A stretch of 33,946 bases of DNA. Source: Bdellovibrionota bacterium. Lineage in GTDB: Bacteria; Bdellovibrionota_C; UBA2361. The DNA is taken from the NCBI GenBank assembly GCA_044352465.1, contig JBILDU010000026.1:1-33946 (forward strand). The letters run 5' to 3'. The translations under genes were made by a program, and so were the position numbers. The notes below the pieces were generated by a model, which did not search any database, had not been told where the DNA came from, and was given only the letters and a program-made list of their open reading frames with translations. Below are positions 6,335 to 14,818 of this stretch, one piece after another; within the stretch, counting starts at the first letter, position 1, and every line of letters starts with the position of its first letter.

Positions 6335-8527
6335 CTACGCCAAATTCTCCACCATAATCTCCGCGATGTCGCGCACCTCAAGGGCACCTTCGCGGTTCGT
6401 GAGTTTTACCCCGTCCTCGAGCATCTGCATGCAGAAGGGGCAGGCGGTGGCGATCCGGTTTGAGCCGGTTTCGGCGGCTTGGTCGACCCGGAGGGCGTTT
6501 ACCCGCTGACCTTTCTTCATATCCATGAAGAAGTGTCCGCCGCCTGCGCCGCAGCACATGCCTTTTTCGCGGCTTCGATCCATCTCGAGGATCGGGAGCC
6601 CCGTAGCGCGCCGCACGGTATCGCGGGGCGCTTCGTATTCGTTGTTGTAGCGGCCGAGATAACACGGGTCGTGCATCGTGTAGGTTTTCTCTGAATTGGG
6701 TTTCAGCGCGATCTTCTCTTCAGCCACGAGTCGCTTGAGGAGCACTGAGTGGTGGATGATCTCAGGACTCTTGCCTTCGCCGAGATTCCCAAAGTCGGGG
6801 TAGTCGTTTTTGATCGAGTTAAAGCAGTGAGGGCAGTTTGCGACGAGGGTCTGAAACCGGATCGATTTCAACGTCTCGATGTTTGATTTCGCGAGGGTCT
6901 GAAAAAGGTTCTCTTCCCCGAGTCGGCGCGCTGGATCGCCGGTGCACCCTTCCGCGGTGCCAAGAATCCCAAACGAAAGCCCCGCTTTGTTCATCAACGT
7001 CACCAGAGCACGGGCGATCTTTTGCTTTCTCGGATCAAATGCGGAGACGCAGCCGACCCAGTAGAGGTAGTCAACCGAATCGCCGGGCTTAAGGATCTTT
7101 ACGTTCAGCTCCTCGAGCCACTTAATCCGATCTTCTGGTGCACCGTACGGATTCCCCCGATTCTCAAGCGCCCGGAGCGTTGGTTGAGCCTCTGCAGGGA
7201 TCTCGCCCCGCATGAGCGCCATGTTACGCCGGTTTCCTACGATCATGCTGACATGGTCGATGCCCACCGGGCATACCTCCACACACGCCATACAGGTGGT
7301 GCAAGCCCAGAAGACATCGGGGTCCATCACATCGCCGGCGACTGTATCGTCAGCGGAACGACCGAGCACCCGCGGGGTCTCACGCACGAGCTCGTTTGCA
7401 CCCCGGTACGCTCCGTTAACGGAGTAACCCTCCGTGGCTTTTTCAACCCCACTCGAGGGAAGGAAAAAATCAAGGGTAAGAGCTTTGTCCACTGCTCGCA
7501 GGGGAGGGGGCAGTTTCGATGGGGCGAGTTTGCCCTCCGCAGCGAGAGCAAGGGCGTGATTCCGGGTATCGAGTACCATCCACTTCGGCGAGAGCGGCTT
7601 TCCGGAGATATATGCCGGGCAGTTATCTTGGCACCGACCACAACTTGTACATGCATCGAGGTCGAGGAGTTGTTTCCAGGTATAGTCTTTTATCGATCCA
7701 AGCCCGAGTGAAAACTCTTCGCCCGATTCCATCATCTTCTCAAGGTCGCCCGGTGACTGAAGCTGCGCCTTGCCACGGCCGGAGTCCCTGAAGTACAGGT
7801 TCGCTGAACTCGCCACGATGTGAAAGAACTTGGTGTACGGTGCGATCGCGATAACCGTGAAGACGGTGATCGTGTGGAACCACCATGTGAGGAAGTGGAG
7901 AAGTTTCGTACTCTCGGGGGAGAGTGCCCAGAAAAATTTGGCAAAGAGAAGTCCGACCGGGGACCAGAGGCGCCACGGGTCGTTTGTTGCGTGGATCCGC
8001 AAACCCTCGAGCACGAATCCTTGGACGCATAGGAGTACCAAAACGGTGAGCCCGAAAATCTCAGACGGGCGGCGATGCACGAGATCGGCCTTGGCGATGT
8101 AGCGTCGGTGAGCGAAAAGAGCACATCCGATAATCAGCCCAAGTCCAAAGAGGTCACTCAGGAGTGTGACGATGAGGTAGAAGTTACCCTCGTAGATCCG
8201 AATACCTAAGTCGTGGTCGATAAAGACCATCGTCGTCGTAAAAAGGAGGACTAAGAATCCAACGTAGATCAGGGTATGTGCTGCTGCCGGCAGGGGCTCG
8301 CGGACGGTGCCCCGTTGGAAAAGGCCGTGGGTGAAGAGGCTTTGAAATCGTTCAAGCCATCTCCCGGTGCGTTCCGGCGCGGGGCGACCGGAGGCCCAAA
8401 GCTCTGCGTGGCGAAAGACTCCCGCAAATCCGATGATGAGAGCGACCACCATCAGGGAATACATCACGACGACGTTCCCGAGGCTGCTCACGTTCCACAT
8501 GATCTCCCTTGTCGCCACTCCGCTCAT
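6335..8527 (-). CDS. membrane-bound Fe-S oxidoreductase (FadF/HdrD-like: TM domain, two 4Fe-4S motifs, two CCG domains)
   Basis: CTSCGRCQDNCP, CTTCMACVEVCP, WVGC, GCTGDPARRLG, CPHC, HDPCYLGR, CCGAGGG, ACPFC. Start placed at ATG 8527 behind GAAGGA. Confidence 0.9.
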   Translation of the reverse strand: MSGVATREIMWNVSSLGNVVVMYSLMVVALIIGFAGVFRHAELWASGRPAPERTGRWLERFQSLFTHGLFQRGTVREPLPAAAHTLIYVGFLVLLFTTTMVFIDHDLGIRIYEGNFYLIVTLLSDLFGLGLIIGCALFAHRRYIAKADLVHRRPSEIFGLTVLVLLCVQGFVLEGLRIHATNDPWRLWSPVGLLFAKFFWALSPESTKLLHFLTWWFHTITVFTVIAIAPYTKFFHIVASSANLYFRDSGRGKAQLQSPGDLEKMMESGEEFSLGLGSIKDYTWKQLLDLDACTSCGRCQDNCPAYISGKPLSPKWMVLDTRNHALALAAEGKLAPSKLPPPLRAVDKALTLDFFLPSSGVEKATEGYSVNGAYRGANELVRETPRVLGRSADDTVAGDVMDPDVFWACTTCMACVEVCPVGIDHVSMIVGNRRNMALMRGEIPAEAQPTLRALENRGNPYGAPEDRIKWLEELNVKILKPGDSVDYLYWVGCVSAFDPRKQKIARALVTLMNKAGLSFGILGTAEGCTGDPARRLGEENLFQTLAKSNIETLKSIRFQTLVANCPHCFNSIKNDYPDFGNLGEGKSPEIIHHSVLLKRLVAEEKIALKPNSEKTYTMHDPCYLGRYNNEYEAPRDTVRRATGLPILEMDRSREKGMCCGAGGGHFFMDMKKGQRVNALRVDQAAETGSNRIATACPFCMQMLEDGVKLTNREGALEVRDIAEIMVENLA

Positions 8528-8696
8528 CGTACGGTTCCTTCGTTTGCAGTCGTTACCGGGTGAGGCCGCGCCTAATCGTCGTACCCCATTAAACCACCCC
8601 CCTCGGCGGGAGCGAGCCCATCGTGCCACACGGATGACCGTTCTGGAAAGTTAGCTATTTTATTCAAAGGGTTATCAGGGGCGCTCGATACCTTCG

Positions 8697-8725
8697 TTGA
8701 CAACCTCTGAATCCGACCCCACAAT
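8697..8725 (+). promoter_or_regulatory. sigma70-type promoter for the CNNM/CorC gene
   Basis: TTGACA (8697-8702), 17 bp, CACAAT (8720-8725). Confidence 0.6.
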
Positions 8726-8908
8726 GACAAGAACGTAGGCCATAGAGCGCGGCGAAGACACCCGGGTAGAGTTAACTTATTTAACGTTTTTTATTAGTTA
8801 GCTGGGTGGGGGAGATGGTGCGGGCGTTAGACGACCCGCGATTTCCTTGGAAATTCGTCTTGGGCGACCCATTTTTATAGGTCGTCATCTGCGTATTGGT
8901 CGCGTCGC

Positions 8909-10321
8909 ATGGGTAGTGAACCTCCTCAAGTCCTTCTTATCGTTTTCGGCGTGAGCCTCGTTGCGGCGTACGTTTTTTTTGCGGCCGTGGCGGTTGTTAT
9001 TACCCGCAGCCGGACAAAAAGGCTTGACGAGCTCGTTGAGGCGAATCGCTTCGGAGCGGCCTCGGCAGCGTCGATAGCCCATAACGCCGATAGATATTTG
9101 CTGGTAACTCAATTCGGTAGCTTCCTTTCGGTCCTCCTTCTCGGTGGAGTCGGTCTCCAGTTCTGGCGCGAGGAGGTCTTCACCGATGGGCTTGCTTTAA
9201 GCGGGCTCCTTGAGATCGTCCTTAAGAGCGGCATCGTTGCCTCGGCCCTGGTGCTGACCCTCGGGGTTGCCCAGATAGCCAAGGCGTTTGCGTTTGCTCA
9301 CCCTGAATCGATCCTGTGCGCTCTGGCCCTCCCCATTCGAGCTTGGTCGACGTTCTCCCGCCCCGTAGCCTTTCTCCTCGTGGGTGGGCTCACGAAAGTG
9401 CTTCGTTTCCTAAAAGTCGATGCCCCTGCGGAACGTGAGTTCGGCGTCTCCGCCGATGAGATTAGTGAAATGGTCGAGCTCAGCAGTGAGGCGGGGGAGA
9501 TCGAAGAGGACGAGCGGGAGATGATCCAGAGTGTCATCACCCTCTCTGATACCGTTGTGCGTGAAGTCATGACTCCTCGCACCGATATCGTGGCGGTAAC
9601 CGGTGAGATGAGCCTCGATGAGGTTGTTGGGGTATTCGTGAAAGAGGGCCTGTCTCGTCTGCTGGTTATCGGGGATGAACTCGATGATGTGCAGGGAGTT
9701 TTGATTGCGAAGGACTTGATGCCCCTCGTGGGGAAGAGCGATCCGAAGTTCGATTTCTCCCGACTTGTTCGCCCGGTATTCTTTGTCCTGAACAACAAAA
9801 AAGTTGACGAGCTTCTCGCGGAATTCAAGCGGGAGGCGGTGCATTTCGCTGTTGTCCTCGACGAGCACGGTGGAGTGGATGGCCTAGTGACGGTCGAAGA
9901 TCTGCTCGAAGAGATCGTGGGTGATATCTTCGACGAACACGATGTCCCCGCCGACGAGCTCGATGTCGTCAGAACGAAGTCAGGTGATCTTTTAGTCTTA
10001 GGGAGCGCCCTTATTGAGGAGCTTAATCAGAGCCACGGGTTTGGATTCCCCACTGGGGAATACGACACGATTGCTGGTTTTGTCATCCACCATCTGGGCC
10101 GGATTCCGAGCGTCGGCGAGATTATAGAGGTTGATGGGGTACGGATTCGGGTCGAAGAGATAGCCCACAATCGGGTTATTCGCCTCCGCGTTATGTTCCG
10201 TAAGGCCTCAAAACAAATGAAGAAAGGTGCCGGTGTCGAAGCTGTCTCCGGTGGCGTCGCTGCTTTGTCGGATAAAAACGAGCTGATCGACGAACCTACT
10301 CGAATCGTCTTACCGCGCTGA
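8909..10321 (+). CDS. hemolysin-family CNNM (DUF21)-CBS-CorC Mg2+/Co2+ homeostasis protein
   Basis: N-terminal TM helices, VREVMTPRTDI, AVVLDEHGGVDGLVTVEDLLEEIVGDIFDE, YDTIAGFV. Confidence 0.92.
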   Translation: MGSEPPQVLLIVFGVSLVAAYVFFAAVAVVITRSRTKRLDELVEANRFGAASAASIAHNADRYLLVTQFGSFLSVLLLGGVGLQFWREEVFTDGLALSGLLEIVLKSGIVASALVLTLGVAQIAKAFAFAHPESILCALALPIRAWSTFSRPVAFLLVGGLTKVLRFLKVDAPAEREFGVSADEISEMVELSSEAGEIEEDEREMIQSVITLSDTVVREVMTPRTDIVAVTGEMSLDEVVGVFVKEGLSRLLVIGDELDDVQGVLIAKDLMPLVGKSDPKFDFSRLVRPVFFVLNNKKVDELLAEFKREAVHFAVVLDEHGGVDGLVTVEDLLEEIVGDIFDEHDVPADELDVVRTKSGDLLVLGSALIEELNQSHGFGFPTGEYDTIAGFVIHHLGRIPSVGEIIEVDGVRIRVEEIAHNRVIRLRVMFRKASKQMKKGAGVEAVSGGVAALSDKNELIDEPTRIVLPR

Positions 10322-10520
10322 TTCATCTACAGCAATACGGACTGGTGTCGCTCCCTCTAGAACGGGGGCGTTCCTAACCTTCTCTTTCCTTTAAGGAAGT
10401 TCCGCTGGGTGTTGGGCGGCGTGGGCTTCGGGGGTCTCGAAAGCAGTTGGATTCGAGTCGCTTCAGTTGGAAGGAGGGCTCGTGTTTTTTGCGAGCGCTG
10501 TTTGAATCTTTGAAGTCTCT

Positions 10521-10988
10521 ATGAGCGACGCGGAGAACACATCGGGACCGACCGGGGAAGGCGGAGCGGCGGCCGCGCCTGATCGTCCGGCACCAGCAGC
10601 GGCGGCCAAGCCCCCGGTAGCTCCCCGCGCCAGTGGTGACGAGGCGCCTCGTGGAGAAATGAGTGCCCAGACGCTCGGTCGGCTTATGGGGCTCGCTACG
10701 GTGAGTGAATTGAAACTCATCGAGGGAAAGATCGATCTCATCGCCTCCAAATTGAACAATATCATGGTCCGGGTCGACCGGATGAACGCGCTCTTTAACG
10801 CGATGCCGACCGGATCTGATCTCGAGCGGATCGATGTTCAGATCGGGGCTTTAAAGGGGCTTATTCGGGATTCCTTGACGCAGCTCGCCGTCAAAGAGGC
10901 CCCGAGTGAGCCGGCGGGCAAGAAGCCCGGAGGAAATATCGTGTCCAACGAGAAAGGGGAGGGGGATCCGACGACATCCTCGAAATAA
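10521..10988 (+). CDS. hypothetical protein with central coiled coil
   Basis: Ala/Pro-rich disordered ends, heptad-like core LKLIEGKIDLIASKLNNIMVRVDRM, in line with flanking + strand genes. Confidence 0.75.
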   Translation: MSDAENTSGPTGEGGAAAAPDRPAPAAAAKPPVAPRASGDEAPRGEMSAQTLGRLMGLATVSELKLIEGKIDLIASKLNNIMVRVDRMNALFNAMPTGSDLERIDVQIGALKGLIRDSLTQLAVKEAPSEPAGKKPGGNIVSNEKGEGDPTTSSK

Positions 10989-11042
10989 GGTCGTCACCGT
11001 GGTGCGAGGATCGCGCCCGGAGAAATGTGTAAGGAGTAGCAT

Positions 11043-11831
11043 ATGAGTGAAGAGAACAGGTCGTTAAGCGCGCAGGTCGAGACGATCGTCGTCCCCGATG
11101 GAAACGCCGAAGGGCGTGCGGCGAAGGGAAAAGCCCGGCAGAAGAGTTACGTTTTAGATCTGCGGATTCACAGCCCTGCCTCGCTCGGCTACCTTTCGAT
11201 CGAGGGGATCGATACTGCCCCAGCGCTCGTCCGACTCGCTAAAGTGAAAGGGCTCGATATCATCGCGGTCACGGACTTCAACAGCGGTCAGTTTATCGAT
11301 CGAATTACCGAAGCGGCGCAAGGCTCCCCGGTGACCGTGATCCCAGGGGTCGCGATTCGGTGTGTCCTGGGTGTGTGCGATGATGTGGTGTTAAGTTGCC
11401 TTTTCCCGGAAGGATTTACGGGCGCGCAGATCGAGAGTTTCCTCCGTGCAATCGAGGTACCGATGAGTGCGGCGGGTGATAAGTCGTATCTTGTACGGTT
11501 GCCGTTCGAGCGGATCCTCGCGGCTATTGAGGCGCACGGTGGTGTGGCGCTTCCGAGTCGAATGGATAAGACCCCACACCGTTTGGCGGCGATTCCAACC
11601 TTGGTTGAGAAATATGGATTTCGCGCTTTCGACCTCGCCTATGCCGATTCGATCCGGTTTTTTAAATCGAAGTGGCCGAAGATAAAATTCCAGCTCTTCA
11701 GCTTCTCGAATGCCCACGCACTTGCGCAGGTGGGCAGCCGTATTGCGAAGGTTAAGATGAGTGAGCCAGGCTTCACCGGCATAAAAGCGATGGTGGCCCG
11801 CGACGCCCTTGAGAGGGGGAGCGAGGCATAG
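11043..11831 (+). CDS. PHP-domain protein, probably catalytically inactive
   Basis: PHP motif scaffold DLRIHSPAS, AVTDFN, PGVAI, GGVALPSRMD, SNAH. AAGGAG RBS. Confidence 0.85.
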   Translation: MSEENRSLSAQVETIVVPDGNAEGRAAKGKARQKSYVLDLRIHSPASLGYLSIEGIDTAPALVRLAKVKGLDIIAVTDFNSGQFIDRITEAAQGSPVTVIPGVAIRCVLGVCDDVVLSCLFPEGFTGAQIESFLRAIEVPMSAAGDKSYLVRLPFERILAAIEAHGGVALPSRMDKTPHRLAAIPTLVEKYGFRAFDLAYADSIRFFKSKWPKIKFQLFSFSNAHALAQVGSRIAKVKMSEPGFTGIKAMVARDALERGSEA

Positions 11832-12175
11832 AAAACCTATTACTCCGTCCTCCGCCTGGTTTTCAGGTGAGTGAATTTTTTTAGGGAGTATAAGCGATAC
11901 GACTGTGGTAGCGCGCGTGTCAAAATCGGTCCGAAGCGAGCGGGCCGAGGTTGGGGAAGATGTAGGGAAGCCACTTGAGCGAGAGCGTCGGCTACCTCTC
12001 GGGGGCCGGCGAGCACTCGGGACAAAGCTGACGCCCCAGGTGAGGGGCGAACCGCCCTCGCGGAGGGGGAGATTGTTTAACGAGCTGTAGTCTCGCAAAT
12101 CAAAAAGTATTCGGTTCGGCGGAAGAGCCGAGGTGTGAGGCGAAGACGGGTGGGTGCCATCGCGGGGATGCCAGC

Positions 12176-13690
12176 GTGAGTTGGAACTGTTCCAAGAGTG
12201 CGGGGCGTTGCCGGTGGATAGTCGCGGCGATGCTCGCGGTCCTGCTCTACCTACCCACTGTGGGATTTGATTTCGTTTACGATGATGTCTTGCAGATTAC
12301 CCTCAACCCCCAAGTGAATGGCGGGAGTGAGCGGGGCTTCGGTGCTCTCTTTTCTGAGCCTACCCCACCGGGGAATCTCTACCGCCCCCTTGCAACCGCT
12401 TCATATCGAATTACTTTCATGCTGGGGGGGGGCGCCGCGTGGATCTTTCACCTCGTCAATGTGCTCCTCTACGGGGCGTGTGCGGCTTTGGTTTATGCGC
12501 TTTATCAGCGCTATCTAACGACGGGCGCGGCGTTCATTGCGGCGCTCCTCTTCGTCATTCATCCGATCCATGTGGAGGTGGTCGCTAATTCGATCGGTCG
12601 GGCGGAGCTTTTGGCCGCGCTCGGTGGTTTGAGTGGATTTCTACTTCTCACGGGGAGTGGGGGGATTCGACGAAGTGCTCTCGGTGCGGCACTCGTCTTT
12701 GGCGGAGCTTTAGCGAAGGAATCGACGTTGACGGTCTATCCTTTAGCGCTCGGCCTCGTCCTGTTGCGGGGGCGTGCGGAGCGACGGTATGGGTATGCGG
12801 TCACGCTCTTTCTCCTTTGTGGAGCTTTTGCCCTTATCTATGTGGCTTTGCGTGCACGGGCGCTTGGAGGCGCTCTCACCCTTACCAGCGATGGGGTGGC
12901 ATGGGTGGAAAATCCAGTTTTCCACCTCGAATTTTTTGAGCGACTCATCCCCTGTCTCAAGGTGCTGGGCGACTACGTGGCGCTTCTTCTCGTGCCTGTG
13001 CGGCTCTCAGCTGATTATTCGGCTGTGGTTGGCGAGTTTCATCACGAGGTGTATTCCCCGGTGGGCGCGCTGCGAATCGGGCTTTTCCTCCTCTACGTCG
13101 GGCTGGTGTGGCATTTTCGCCGTGAGCGCTGGGGCTTTCTCGGATGGTGGTTTCTGGGAGCCTTTCTACTCACTGCAAACCTCGTCGTGCCCATCGGAAC
13201 CATCATGGGGGAGCGGCTCGCGTTTCTCCCGAGCGTTGGATTTATCGGTTTTATGGTGGGGATGGCGGCGCACTTTCGGGACCGTTTCTCTCCGGCCCTC
13301 GTTCGTCTCTCGGTAGCCGGTGTCGTTCTATTTTTTTCGGTGCGCACCCTGGTTCGGATTCCTGTATGGCAGACCCAAGAGCGACTGCTCTCTCAAACGG
13401 TACTCGATCAACCGCGAAGCCCGAAGGCGCTCTATAATTATGGGGTCGAACTCTTCGTACGTCAGAGGGATCTCGCGGGAGCGGAGCGGGTTTTCTTGGC
13501 GGTGCTCTCTTTAGTACCGGATCATCTCTTGTCGCTCCAGTGTCTCGCCGATATCGCCCTTCAGCGGGGGGATGCAGTGAACCTTGAGCGGTGGTATCGC
13601 CGGATTCTTGAGTTAAGGCCGGGGGAGCCCTTGATCGAGGAACAGCTCAGGAAATTGCTCGAGATGCAGGCCGCGAAAGCGTCTGTGTAG
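12176..13690 (+). CDS. TMTC/DUF1736-like GT-C membrane glycosyltransferase with C-terminal TPRs
   Basis: DFVYDD, YRPL, HLVNVLL, HPIHVEVVANSIGRAELL, KE, LSADYS, ERLAFLPS, then TPR-like helices. Start codon uncertain. Confidence 0.85.
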   Translation: MSWNCSKSAGRCRWIVAAMLAVLLYLPTVGFDFVYDDVLQITLNPQVNGGSERGFGALFSEPTPPGNLYRPLATASYRITFMLGGGAAWIFHLVNVLLYGACAALVYALYQRYLTTGAAFIAALLFVIHPIHVEVVANSIGRAELLAALGGLSGFLLLTGSGGIRRSALGAALVFGGALAKESTLTVYPLALGLVLLRGRAERRYGYAVTLFLLCGAFALIYVALRARALGGALTLTSDGVAWVENPVFHLEFFERLIPCLKVLGDYVALLLVPVRLSADYSAVVGEFHHEVYSPVGALRIGLFLLYVGLVWHFRRERWGFLGWWFLGAFLLTANLVVPIGTIMGERLAFLPSVGFIGFMVGMAAHFRDRFSPALVRLSVAGVVLFFSVRTLVRIPVWQTQERLLSQTVLDQPRSPKALYNYGVELFVRQRDLAGAERVFLAVLSLVPDHLLSLQCLADIALQRGDAVNLERWYRRILELRPGEPLIEEQLRKLLEMQAAKASV

Positions 13691-13834
13691 AGCGGGGCTT
13701 TCATTGCCCCGATCCTCCTGCGGACCATCGAGACAGGGGTCGTTGCGGCGTTCGACGAACTTGCGCTACCTTCAACTCTGACAATCGGGATAATTGAACC
13801 AACCATTTCAGTAAAAAATCGGAAGCGGAGGCGT

Positions 13835-14245
13835 ATGGGGGTTAAGATTTCAGGGCGATATCTTGGGGATAAGAAAGTAGCGCTTACCCACGCTGATTCA
13901 GGGACTATCGTGACGACCGCAGCGCCGAAGGATAACGGCGGGGATGGGTCCTCTTTCTCACCGACCGACATGGTCGGTGCGGCGCTGGGTGCCTGCATGG
14001 TAACGATTATGGGGCTTATGGCCGAGCGAGAGGGCCTCTCTCTTCTTGGTACCTGGTTCGAGGTCGAAAAACATATGTCGGCGAGCCCACGTCGGATAGG
14101 TCATTTGCCGATGACGATTCACTTACCGGGGCACCTTTCCCCGGAGCAGCGTCTGAAGCTCGAACGCGGCGCCCATACCTGCCCGGTACACCACTCCCTT
14201 CATCCCGATATCAAGGTTGAAGTCGCATTTGTGTACGACGTGTAG
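13835..14245 (+). CDS. OsmC/YhfA family protein
   Basis: APKDNGGDGSSFSPTDMVGAALGAC and TCPVHHSLHP. Confidence 0.92.
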   Translation: MGVKISGRYLGDKKVALTHADSGTIVTTAAPKDNGGDGSSFSPTDMVGAALGACMVTIMGLMAEREGLSLLGTWFEVEKHMSASPRRIGHLPMTIHLPGHLSPEQRLKLERGAHTCPVHHSLHPDIKVEVAFVYDV

Positions 14246-14347
14246 GTTCACGATCGTTCTCTTTGTCGGGGCTGCAGCGAACTCTCTCCAAGCTTCGCCA
14301 CGGCCAAAAGCGGGCTTCTCTGTCACCGTGGGCGCAATGCCGCGACC

Positions 14348-14650
14348 TTAACCGTTTCCCAGCGCCAAGATCGCCTCGAGGCTATCATCTGGGGCGGTAC
14401 GATTGCGGCGCTCGAATCGACAGGTGGCGCACCGGTGAAGCAGCACCGTTTCGCCCCCCTTGACCTCGTAAGCAATCGGTTCCATCGGACCTTTGCACGG
14501 TGCAGCGCGATCTCCGGGGTTCACATCGACGTGTCGACTCCAGAGACAGTGGGGGCAGTGATTCGTGTACCCGTCGCCGTGAATCGTCGCACCACAGTGG
14601 AGGCAGGTAAATGATTCGATGCGGCGCTGAAAACGGCGAGAGTCGCTCAT
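14348..14650 (-). CDS. RNHCP domain-containing zinc-finger protein
   Basis: FTCLHCG, YTNHCPHCLWSRHVD, PGDRAAPCKGPMEP, HRCATC, NRTAPDD. The longer ORF overlapping dnaE is unlikely. Confidence 0.88.
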   Translation of the reverse strand: MSDSRRFQRRIESFTCLHCGATIHGDGYTNHCPHCLWSRHVDVNPGDRAAPCKGPMEPIAYEVKGGETVLLHRCATCRFERRNRTAPDDSLEAILALGNG

Positions 14651-14733
14651 ACGGGAGGGGTATCGCATGCTCGCGACGTGAGCAGCAATGGGGGGCTCGA
14701 AATGATTGGTAATATGTTGAATGTAATGAAAAA

Positions 14734-14759
14734 AATGACTAGCGATCGTGCTAGTCATT
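14734..14759. promoter_or_regulatory. perfect 10-bp inverted repeat between divergent RNHCP and dnaE genes
   Basis: AATGACTAGC-GATCGT-GCTAGTCATT, with an A-run on the left (T-run after the stem on the minus strand). Confidence 0.5.
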
Positions 14760-14818
14760 GGACGTCGTCTATAGTACTTTCTTTCGGTTAAAGTTGTTTT
14801 CCAGCCGGCACCTCGTTC

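Noticed and set aside
11832..12175. RNase P RNA, tmRNA or group II intron domain V
   Set aside because: No GAGGAAAGUCC, no tRNA-like ends and no domain V consensus on either strand.
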